Assembly: GCA_937984005.1 (NCBI GenBank)
Contig: CALJYM010000033.1
Span: 2,288-66,287, forward strand
Length of the DNA: 64,000 nt
Direction of reading: 5' to 3'
From: an uncultured Collinsella sp.
Lineage (GTDB): Bacteria > Actinomycetota > Coriobacteriia > Coriobacteriales > Coriobacteriaceae
Shown: positions 26,453 to 33,892 of the stretch, piece by piece
How positions within the stretch are numbered: the stretch's first letter is position 1
Layout of the letters: every line of letters begins with the position of its first letter
Position numbers and translations under genes: made by a program
Notes under the pieces: generated by a model
The model's database searches: none
Told to the model about the DNA's origin: nothing
The model's input: the letters and a program-made list of their open reading frames with translations, nothing else

Positions 26453-27486
26453 GAGCTCACGCCCTCCTGAGCGCTAATTCTAAGTTGGATGTATTTGACC
26501 TTATTGCCGATCTGCTCGTCGGCATTGTTGTACAGCGCCGAGCAGATGGCGGTGTCGCCGAAGGATATGTCAGCCGAAACCGCAGGAGCGTTGGCGACAC
26601 TCGTGCCGTTTGCCGCGCCATAGAAGTAGTTCGCTTTATGCGCGTTCATATCTGCCTGCAGAGCGCCGTAGTCAGACTTTGCGTCGCCCGCCGCCGCAAA
26701 CAGGTTCTTGTAGTAATTCGTGTTGCCGGTAAGGACGAAGTTTTGGAAGTACTCCGGCCACACCCAGTACAGGCTGATGGTGACGGGTTTGTTCGTTGGC
26801 TTGTTCACATCGCCGTTTTCGCAAAATTCGCACTTGCGAATCTCGATCTTGCTATCAACCACGCGGCCCGAGTAATACCCGTTCTGGTCGCAGCTCGTAA
26901 AGAACAGCAAGTGGCCTTTGATCAAGCCAAGGAGCGCCTCCGCCTCGGGCGCCAGCGTTCCCCCGTCCCCAACAACGCCAACAGTGTTCGTGACCTTAAG
27001 CAAGCGCGACAGACTGATCGTGACCCCGTCCAGGTCACTCACCAGCGGCTTCACCGTAAATGTAATCTTGCCGCGAGCACCCGGGTACAGAGAGCCCGCG
27101 GTCTCGTTGTTGAGGTTGGAGCCGAGCGTTACCGTCATGGCGTCGGTCGTATCCAGGCCATCGATGGCATACTTTTCCTCGGGCGTGCGCTCGGAGCGCT
27201 CGTAATAGCCCACGTGCGCGCCGGACTCACCCTCGCCCGCGGCGGTCAGCGTGTACCGATCCGCCTTCGCCCCGATCGTACCCCCCGTGGCGCTCACTCG
27301 GTTATTCGCGGCAAACCAGGCCAGACACGCAAAGATGGCAACGATGGCGGCCAACACAAACAGACCGCTCACCAGGAAATCCTTCCAGAAATCCTTGAGG
27401 GTCCGCACGTGCTCGTCGGCAGCTTGGCGGTACTCGGCCGCCGTCTTGTGCTGCTGGAGCTCGCTATGTCGGTCCATGCCACTCAT
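26449..27486 (-). CDS. Bitopic membrane protein (37-aa cytoplasmic N-terminus, single TM, ~285-aa extracytoplasmic domain); first gene of the operon
   Basis: TM segment FLVSGLFVLAAIVAIFACLAWF, then AANNRVSATGGTIGAKADRYTLTAAG...; a GGAGGG RBS precedes the downstream coupled start. Confidence 0.65.
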   Translation of the reverse strand: MSGMDRHSELQQHKTAAEYRQAADEHVRTLKDFWKDFLVSGLFVLAAIVAIFACLAWFAANNRVSATGGTIGAKADRYTLTAAGEGESGAHVGYYERSERTPEEKYAIDGLDTTDAMTVTLGSNLNNETAGSLYPGARGKITFTVKPLVSDLDGVTISLSRLLKVTNTVGVVGDGGTLAPEAEALLGLIKGHLLFFTSCDQNGYYSGRVVDSKIEIRKCEFCENGDVNKPTNKPVTISLYWVWPEYFQNFVLTGNTNYYKNLFAAAGDAKSDYGALQADMNAHKANYFYGAANGTSVANAPAVSADISFGDTAICSALYNNADEQIGNKVKYIQLRISAQEGVSS

Positions 27487-27665
27487 CGCTTACATTTGCC
27501 CTGCTTGCGGGCGTGCCATCCTTTCCGCTCGGTCGCGTTTATCCGTTGTTCGCAGGTAGAGAATTCAGGCAGAATACAACACCGTACGATAAGGTAAAAG
27601 AATAGCATTGACCTGCGGTTCGCTCCACAACGCAAGCCTTAATGATGTCTTAAAAGTCAAACCCT

Positions 27666-27730
27666 TGGTGCAAGTGGTCAGGTTACTTCGCGCCAACATG
27701 GTGCAAACAAACCTGACCCCCTTGCACCAA
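27666..27730. promoter_or_regulatory. 20-bp inverted repeat (TTGGTGCAAGTGGTCAGGTT ... AACCTGACCCCCTTGCACCAA) with a 24-nt loop in the promoter region of the bitopic/giant-protein operon
   Basis: Arms at 27666-27685 and 27710-27730 are reverse complements (19/20), about 180 bp upstream of the 27486 start. Confidence 0.4.
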
Positions 27731-27769
27731 TCCGTAGCGCCGGGCAGCGGACACACGGCGTGCCGCCCC

Positions 27770-29074
27770 TTAACACCCCAACGCGCGAACGGGTATCACG
27801 TAGATACCGTCCTCGACCTCGCGGGCGTACTCACCCACCCCCACAATCACGGCCATAAACTCCGGTTCGCGTGTGCGTGAACGAGGATTTCCACAGACCT
27901 TCTTGCGAACGCGCTTGAGGCTCTCGACGCCGGCGTTCGCTTTATCTTCACTCACCTTAATCTCAAAGGCGGCCCACCGTCCGTCGGCTAGCTGCACGAT
28001 AGCATCGCACTCAAGACCCGAATCGTCGCGATAATAGCGCACGGGCGTGCTATCCAGCAGGTCGAGCGAACGTGCGTAGACCGAAAGGTCGCGTATGACC
28101 AAATTCTCAAACACCAGACCAAATGTCTGCCAGTCGGCAAGCAGCGCCTGCGAGGACATACCTAGCAAGGCGCAAGCAAGGCTCGGATCTGCCAGATAGC
28201 GCTTGGGCTTGACGGTAAAGCGCCGTTTGTCGCGCGCGGCGGGAACCCAACCGGGAACCTCCTCGAGAATGAACATGCCTTTGAGGGCATCCAGGTACCT
28301 GCGCACCTTGGTCTCATCGGCAAACGCTGCGGGTTCCTCCTCGGCACCGAACATATCCATAAGAATCGTTTTATACGTGGTTGCCTGTCCCAGATTGCGC
28401 GCGATCGATGCGGAGACTCGACGAGCAATATCGGGGTCGAGACCGACCGCCGGGAAGCTGCTCGAAAACGTGGTGTTGAGATATTCGTGGGCGATGAGCT
28501 GGGCGTCAGCCGAAACCATATCGATCGCCTCGGGCCAGCCGCCGCGGCAAGCGGCTTCGACAAGCCCCGGCGTATCGCCATTGCACCGGCAGGGCTCAAA
28601 ACGATGCTCAAACAAGCCCGCCAGGCTCACCTTGCCGTTGGACTCACCTGTCTCGGCAAGCGTCATGGGGTGCATGCGGACGCGGCCGATGCGGCCGGCT
28701 CCACTATGCGCGGGCGCCTCCGCCTTTGAGCCAAACGCAGGCGTGGCGGAACCCGTGAGGATATAGGCGCCGCGCGTACCCCGGGTGCGGTCGACCTCGT
28801 GTCTAACGTAGTCCCAAATCTGGGGAACGCGCTGCCACTCATCGATAATATGCGGACGGTCTCCCAGCAACATCATCGCCGGGTCGGCACGCGCGAGGTC
28901 GAGATTCTCGTCGACATACGAGGCGGACGCCCCGTGCTCGAGCGCGGCCCACGTCTTGCCGCACCACTTGGTGCCCGCAATCTCGACCGCTCCAAAGACA
29001 CGAAGGTAGCGCTCGATTTGCGCATCCACGATACGTGGGATGTATCCGTCCCGATATAGCCTCTCGCCTGCCAT
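27770..29074 (-). CDS. AAA+ ATPase of the AAA_14 / DUF4143 family (orphan ATP-binding protein)
   Basis: Walker A motif GTKWCGKT; the C-terminal region LVFENLVIRDL...RYYRDDSGLECDAIVQLADGRWAAFEIKVSE matches the DUF4143 pattern; 434 aa. Confidence 0.75.
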   Translation of the reverse strand: MAGERLYRDGYIPRIVDAQIERYLRVFGAVEIAGTKWCGKTWAALEHGASASYVDENLDLARADPAMMLLGDRPHIIDEWQRVPQIWDYVRHEVDRTRGTRGAYILTGSATPAFGSKAEAPAHSGAGRIGRVRMHPMTLAETGESNGKVSLAGLFEHRFEPCRCNGDTPGLVEAACRGGWPEAIDMVSADAQLIAHEYLNTTFSSSFPAVGLDPDIARRVSASIARNLGQATTYKTILMDMFGAEEEPAAFADETKVRRYLDALKGMFILEEVPGWVPAARDKRRFTVKPKRYLADPSLACALLGMSSQALLADWQTFGLVFENLVIRDLSVYARSLDLLDSTPVRYYRDDSGLECDAIVQLADGRWAAFEIKVSEDKANAGVESLKRVRKKVCGNPRSRTREPEFMAVIVGVGEYAREVEDGIYVIPVRALGC

Positions 29075-29133
29075 GAGCCACCCCCGCAGATTTCCAGTTC
29101 CTGCTTTCTGATTCTTCTATTCCACTGTAGCAA

Positions 29134-29214
29134 ATTCGGATTTTCGGGTGGTTGCGATTCGGATTTTCGTGTTCATATAATTCGGATTTTCTGGTGCATG
29201 AGATTCGGATTTTC
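29134..29214. promoter_or_regulatory. Four direct iterons ATTCGGATTTTC with an exact 23-bp period, upstream of the AAA_14/DUF4143 gene
   Basis: Copies start at 29134, 29157, 29180 and 29203; each has a 12-bp conserved core plus an 11-bp variable spacer. Confidence 0.7.
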
Positions 29215-29245
29215 TGAACCCGCTGGTCAGAGCACCTCTTATCGA

Positions 29246-29283
29246 CAAAAAGGCGGGGAGCACCGATACGGCACTCCCCGCCC
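29246..29283 (-). terminator. Rho-independent terminator of the enoate-reductase gene (GGCGGGGAG-loop-CTCCCCGCC, with a T-tract on the minus strand)
   Basis: Hairpin 29252-29282; on the minus strand it is followed by TTTTTGTCG, 25 bp after the stop at 29309. Confidence 0.7.
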
Positions 29284-29308
29284 ACTCAATACGCGATAGC
29301 TTTCTCGA

Positions 29309-31345
29309 CTACAGCTCGTTAGCCGCGTGATATGCCGTGCGGATAGCGCTCGCGATGTCGGCGGTTCGCTCGCCCGAGCAGTCGCCCACGCAGGTCACGG
29401 GCACCGTCACGCCGTCCAGGTCAAACGCGTTGGCCTTGGAGCCCACGGCCATCACCACGTAATCGCAGGCGATCTTCACCGGCTCCTCGGCGCCGTCCTC
29501 GGTGGTGCGAATGGCCTCCACGCCCTCATCAGTAATGGCGGTCAGGCGGGTTTTCACGTGCTGCTCAACGTTATGCTCGGCAAAGTCGCTCATAATCAGC
29601 GGCAGAATGGTCTCGGACTCGCCCGCGGCAATCTTATCGAGCATCTCCACGATCGCCACCTCGCAGCCATGCTGCAGCAGGTACTCGGCAGTCTCGGTGC
29701 CCACCAGGCCACCGCCAATAACGGCGACGCGGCCCGTAAGCTCCACCTTGCCGGCCAGCACGTCCCAGCTCGAGACGACCTTGTCCGAATCGGCACCCGG
29801 AACGGGAATGACCACGTCGTGCGCGCCCACGGCCACAATCGCGGCGTCGGCGGCGTTGAGGTCCTCGGCGGTAGCGGCATGGTTGAGCTCGACCTTCACG
29901 CCCAGGCCAGGCAGAATCTTCTCGTAGTACTCGACCGAGCGCATGATCTCGTCCTTGCGCGGAGGCGCAGCCGCCAGCACAATCTGGCCGCCCAGATGAT
30001 CGCTCGCCTCGTAGACGGTCACGTCGTAGCCGCGCTTGGCCGCCACGCGCGCGGCCTCCAGGCCGGCAATACCGCCGCCCACCACGGCGATCTTCTTGTC
30101 GCCCTCGCCCGGCTTGATGGCGATGGTCGCCTCGTCGCCGTTCTCGGCATTGAGCACGCACGAGATGTACTTGCGGTTTTGAATCGCGTCGACACAGCCC
30201 TTATTGCAGTTGAGGCACTCGCGAATGGGCTCGCCCGTGGCGGCCTTCAGCGCAATGTCGGGGTCGCACATGAGCGAGCGGCCATAGGCGACGATGTCGG
30301 CAGAGCCATCCTCCAGGATCTTCTCGCCGGCCTCGACCGAGACCACGCGGCCGACGGTTGCCACCGGCACGGAGACCAGGGCCTTGACGCGCTCGGCCAC
30401 GGGCAGCGTCCAGTTGTAGGGCATGGCGCCCATGGGCGGAATGGTGTCGCCCATGTTGCCGGTGTGATTTGCCTGTGCAACCTGGATCATGTCGATGCCC
30501 GCGCTCTCGAGCAGCTTGGCAAACTCGCAGGCCTCGTCGGGCTGCAGGCCGCCCTTACCGCGCGGCGTGCCGTCGGGGTTCTCCATGATCACGGGGAGCT
30601 TGTACTCCACCATCAGCTGCGGCGCGGCTTCCTTAATGGCAGCGACGACCTCGAGCGCATAGCGAACGCGGTTCTCGAACGAGCCACCGTACTCGTCGGT
30701 GCGCTTGTTGAGGATGGCCGAGCACAGCGAACCCACCAGGCGGTCGCCGTGGACCTCGATGGCGTCGATTCCGGCCTGCTGCGCGCGAGCGGCCGAGGCA
30801 GCGATAGCCTCCTTGATCTGGGTGAGCTGCTCTACGCTCGCCTCGTTCACGAAGTGCTGCATGTCGTGGTGCAGCTTGGCATAGGCCTGTTTGCGGATCT
30901 CGTTGGACTCGGCCATCTTGGCGGCAAAGGTCTCCTCGTCGCCGGCAGCCTTGGCCTCCTGCGCGGCCTTGGCGGCAGCCATGGAACCCATGACCATGCG
31001 GCCGACACCGGGCACGTCGTACTCGGGGTGGAACAGCTGCAGCGCAATCTTGGCGCCGTGCTTGTGGACGGCGTCGGCCAGTGCCTTAAACGTGGGGATC
31101 TGGGCGTCGGTCGCCAGCTTGGGCGTGGGGCTCGCGGTCATGACGGGAGCGACGTCGCCGATGACGATGTAGCTCACGCCGCCACGGGCCAGGCGCTCGT
31201 AAAAAGCCAGGCTGCGCTCGCCAATGGAGCCGTCACGCTCCTCGTAGCCGGTGGTCAGCGGCGGAAACATAATGCGGTTCTTGAGCTCAAGGGGGCCAAC
31301 CGTAATGGGCTGGAGCAGCTTGGATGCAGGTGCGGTCATGGACAT
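29309..31345 (-). CDS. Two-domain flavoenzyme: N-terminal Old Yellow Enzyme-like FMN TIM barrel, CxxCxxxC [4Fe-4S] linker, and C-terminal FAD/NAD(P)-binding pyridine-nucleotide oxidoreductase domain (2-enoate reductase / 2,4-dienoyl-CoA reductase family)
   Basis: OYE motifs QLFHPE and IDAIEVHGDRL, linker ECLNCNKGCVDAIQ, and Rossmann motifs IAVVGGGIAGLEAA and VAVIGGGLVGTETA; 678 aa. Confidence 0.8.
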   Translation of the reverse strand: MSMTAPASKLLQPITVGPLELKNRIMFPPLTTGYEERDGSIGERSLAFYERLARGGVSYIVIGDVAPVMTASPTPKLATDAQIPTFKALADAVHKHGAKIALQLFHPEYDVPGVGRMVMGSMAAAKAAQEAKAAGDEETFAAKMAESNEIRKQAYAKLHHDMQHFVNEASVEQLTQIKEAIAASAARAQQAGIDAIEVHGDRLVGSLCSAILNKRTDEYGGSFENRVRYALEVVAAIKEAAPQLMVEYKLPVIMENPDGTPRGKGGLQPDEACEFAKLLESAGIDMIQVAQANHTGNMGDTIPPMGAMPYNWTLPVAERVKALVSVPVATVGRVVSVEAGEKILEDGSADIVAYGRSLMCDPDIALKAATGEPIRECLNCNKGCVDAIQNRKYISCVLNAENGDEATIAIKPGEGDKKIAVVGGGIAGLEAARVAAKRGYDVTVYEASDHLGGQIVLAAAPPRKDEIMRSVEYYEKILPGLGVKVELNHAATAEDLNAADAAIVAVGAHDVVIPVPGADSDKVVSSWDVLAGKVELTGRVAVIGGGLVGTETAEYLLQHGCEVAIVEMLDKIAAGESETILPLIMSDFAEHNVEQHVKTRLTAITDEGVEAIRTTEDGAEEPVKIACDYVVMAVGSKANAFDLDGVTVPVTCVGDCSGERTADIASAIRTAYHAANEL

Positions 31346-31475
31346 TCCTCTCTTGTAGACGCGGCGGCGATGGTGCCGCGTAGTTGTCTAGAGGATATGG
31401 CATGAGAGCACGGCGGCACAACGAAAATCGGCGAATATCAGGTGACGGCAGGTGGATGGGGTGATCCCTATCGCC

Positions 31476-31864
31476 GGTTTGTCTCAATCTGCAACAGCTA
31501 CTCAGCAAAACCGGGTCTTACTGTTACAGATCGAGATATTCCTCTCTACCCATCCTCAACAATCTAGATCTGTAACAGCTAGGCCCACTTTTGACCCCCA
31601 CCTGTTACAGATCGAGACAAACCAATCTAGCCTGCCGAAAGATCTCGATCTGTAACAGTTACTCGGCAAAATGGGCCCCAGATGTTACGGATTTAGACAA
31701 ACGGGACCCGCCTGCTAGAAAATCTCAATCTGTAACAGCTGCCCGGCAAAATCCGTCCCTCGTGTTACAGATTTAGACAAACGCGGTCCAAACCGCCGGT
31801 ATATCTCGATCTGTAACACCTAGCCGCCCAAATCGGGTCTTGGTGTTACAGATCGAGATCTTTG
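31476..31864. repeat. Tandem array of five ~80-bp units, each an imperfect 67-bp palindrome with 22-bp arms (GGTTTGTCTCGATCTGTAACAG / CTGTTACAGATCGAGACAAACC) around a conserved 23-nt loop, separated by 13-14-bp linkers
   Basis: Reverse-orientation arms start at 31476, 31557, 31637, 31717 and 31798. Forward-orientation arms start at 31521, 31602, 31682, 31762 and 31843. Four of the five loops share ctactcRgcaaaaYSSgggYcYt; one loop is inverted. Confidence 0.8.
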
Positions 31865-31948
31865 ATTGAGAGGCTGAGAATTGAACCGAAGAAACGATCC
31901 CGGGATAACAAAAAAGCTCGCCGGCTAGGCCGACGAGCTGCAAGTTCT

Positions 31949-32024
31949 TGGTCGCGGGGGCAGGATTTGAACCTACGACCTCCGGGTTATGAGCCCGGCG
32001 AGCTACCAGACTGCTCCACCCCGC
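31949..32024 (-). tRNA. tRNA-Met (anticodon CAT), initiator-type (three G-C pairs in the anticodon stem; close to canonical tRNA-fMet)
   Basis: Minus-strand sequence TGCGGGGTGGAGCAGTCTGGTAGCTCGCCGGGCTCATAACCCGGAGGTCGTAGGTTCAAATCCTGCCCCCGCGACCA folds as a cloverleaf with D-stem GAGC/GCTC, anticodon stem CCGGG/CCCGG, T-loop TTCAAAT and an encoded CCA. ORF 31773..32042 is the usual spurious ORF over a tRNA. Confidence 0.85.
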
Positions 32025-32221
32025 AATGTCTGGGCGCTTCATGTGCGCAAGAAAGAATATTACGTGGGAGTTCGGTAAACGGCAAGGAAAAACTCGTAGA
32101 GCATAATTCCTTCATATTTAAACCCCTCAGCCCATATCACTGTAACCGAATCGCAGCCGAGCGCCGTCGACGGCGCGTATACAATGGTGCGCGTCCTTTT
32201 ACACCGACACTGGGAGTAGAC

Positions 32222-33007
32222 ATGCTGCTCGCTATCGATATGGGAAACACGCAGACGGCCATGGGCCTGTTTGACGGAGACGAGCTGGTGCAGTCGTGGC
32301 GCATGCCCACCGACCGCTCCTATACCGCCGACGAGATCCATGTGCGCCTGATGGGTTTCTTTAAGATGTACGGCCTTTCGCTCGACGCGGTCGACGCGAT
32401 CGCCTTTGCCGGCGTGGTGCCGCAGCTCTCGCGCGAGTGGCACGCCGTGGCCGACCGCATTGCCGCGGACGCCATCGTCATCGGGCCGCAGACGGCCGCC
32501 GTAACCAAGCTGCGCGCGGCGCGCCCCCAGGCCGTAGGTGCCGATCGCGTCGCCAACGCCGTTGCGGCCGAGACTTTCTACGGCGCGCCGGCAATCGTGG
32601 TGGACTTTGGCACCGCGACCAATATCGACGTCATCGATGAGGACGGTTATTACATTGGCGGAGCGATCGCGCCGGGCATCCGCATCTCCATGGACGCGCT
32701 TGCCGCCCGTGCCGCCAAGCTCGCCAGCGTGCCGCTCGAGGCGCCCGAGCACGCCATCGGCCGCGACACCGAGGAATGCATCAAGGTCGGCGCCGTGGTG
32801 GGCGCTGCCGCCATGGCCGAGGGCCTGGTCGCGCGCATGAAGCGCGAGCTGGGCCGCGAGGATGCCACCGTTATCGCCACGGGCGGTCTCGCCGGCATCG
32901 TCGCCGATTCGACCGATGCCTTCGACGTGGTCGACGGACAGCTCACCATCAAGGGCATCTGCGAAATCTACCGCCGCATGCAGGAGCTGGGGTATGACGG
33001 GGCTTAA
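32222..33007 (+). CDS. coaX: Type III pantothenate kinase
   Basis: MLLAIDMGNTQTAMGLF... N-terminus with ATG at 32222; the 120-aa upstream extension of ORF 31862..33007 overlaps the tRNA and is rejected. Confidence 0.85.
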   Translation: MLLAIDMGNTQTAMGLFDGDELVQSWRMPTDRSYTADEIHVRLMGFFKMYGLSLDAVDAIAFAGVVPQLSREWHAVADRIAADAIVIGPQTAAVTKLRAARPQAVGADRVANAVAAETFYGAPAIVVDFGTATNIDVIDEDGYYIGGAIAPGIRISMDALAARAAKLASVPLEAPEHAIGRDTEECIKVGAVVGAAAMAEGLVARMKRELGREDATVIATGGLAGIVADSTDAFDVVDGQLTIKGICEIYRRMQELGYDGA

Positions 33008-33190
33008 GTCGAGCACGCCCGATGTCACAGCCCCGCAAACGTTCGCCAAGCCTATTCCTCAAAACCGAAAAATTTTCAATTATGAGGAATAGGACCGAGA
33101 TGCCGCCCTGCAGTCACGCAAAAGCCCTCCCCGGTGCAGGCCGAGGAGGGCTTCGTTGTCATCGTTATCTTTGAGCACGGGCGTCTCGCG

Positions 33191-33892
33191 TTACAGCCCG
33201 CGAATGCGTACGGCCTCGGGCGGAAACTCCTGCTCGCCGGCATCGGTCTTGATAGTCGCGCGGCCCCAGATGTCCAGGCCCGCAAACACGCCGACCGCAA
33301 GCGGCAGGCCGTTGGGCGACACCGCCGCAACTTGGCGGCCCAGCAGCGGCACCATATCGAAATACTCGCCCAACACGGGGGCCAGCGGACCGGCAGCGCC
33401 CTGCGGCGTGTTGGCAACAGCCGCCCAGGCGTCCACACGGGTCAGCACGGCGGCAGCCAACTCCTCGACCAGCGCTTCGTCGGCCGCATCCACACCGAGC
33501 TCGCTCAGCGCCGAACGTTCAATATCCACCGTCACGGCACCGAACATGCCCGCAGCACCGGCGCCGCCGTTGACGGCGACGCGCGCGAACGACGTCTCAA
33601 ACGCAGGCGCGCCGCACACGATATTGCTCGGCCACTCAATGCCCACCTTGCCGGCAAGGCCCAGCCCCGGTGCCGCAGCCGTTCCCACGAGCGCGTCCAT
33701 CATGCCCATCGCCGCCACAAACGGCAGGCCGTGGAAGGCATGCATGTTCACGTCCGGGCGCACGACCAGCGAAAACGTCAACGACGCCTCGCCCGCGCTC
33801 CAAGCGCACCAGCCCGCGGACGCACCCTCGCGGCCCGCATCGCGCGCGGCGTCAAGCTCGGTACCGGCGGCTACAGCATTCATCTCAATCAT
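33191..33892 (-). CDS. birA: Biotin--protein ligase family protein (BirA catalytic domain, no HTH)
   Basis: KVGIEWPSNIV matches the KWPND hallmark and the C-terminal SH3-like segment is present; the glycine-rich loop is degenerate (GREGASAGWCAWSAG). Confidence 0.55.
   Translation of the reverse strand: MIEMNAVAAGTELDAARDAGREGASAGWCAWSAGEASLTFSLVVRPDVNMHAFHGLPFVAAMGMMDALVGTAAAPGLGLAGKVGIEWPSNIVCGAPAFETSFARVAVNGGAGAAGMFGAVTVDIERSALSELGVDAADEALVEELAAAVLTRVDAWAAVANTPQGAAGPLAPVLGEYFDMVPLLGRQVAAVSPNGLPLAVGVFAGLDIWGRATIKTDAGEQEFPPEAVRIRGL

Noticed and set aside
29327-31405. 692-aa plus-strand ORF antisense to the OYE-FAD reductase
   Set aside because: The opposite strand encodes clear OYE and Rossmann motifs, and this frame has no motifs.
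31476-31864. Possible CRISPR array
   Set aside because: The repeats alternate in orientation and form palindromes. The 'spacers' are conserved between units and only 13-23 bp long. No cas genes are nearby.
31773-32042. 89-aa minus-strand ORF (…LVARRAHNPEVVGSNPAPATK…)
   Set aside because: This is the classic spurious ORF spanning a tRNA gene; the region folds as tRNA-Met.
31862-32221. N-terminal 120-aa extension of the coaX ORF
   Set aside because: It overlaps the tRNA on the opposite strand and is Arg-rich. The canonical CoaX N-terminus starts at 32222.
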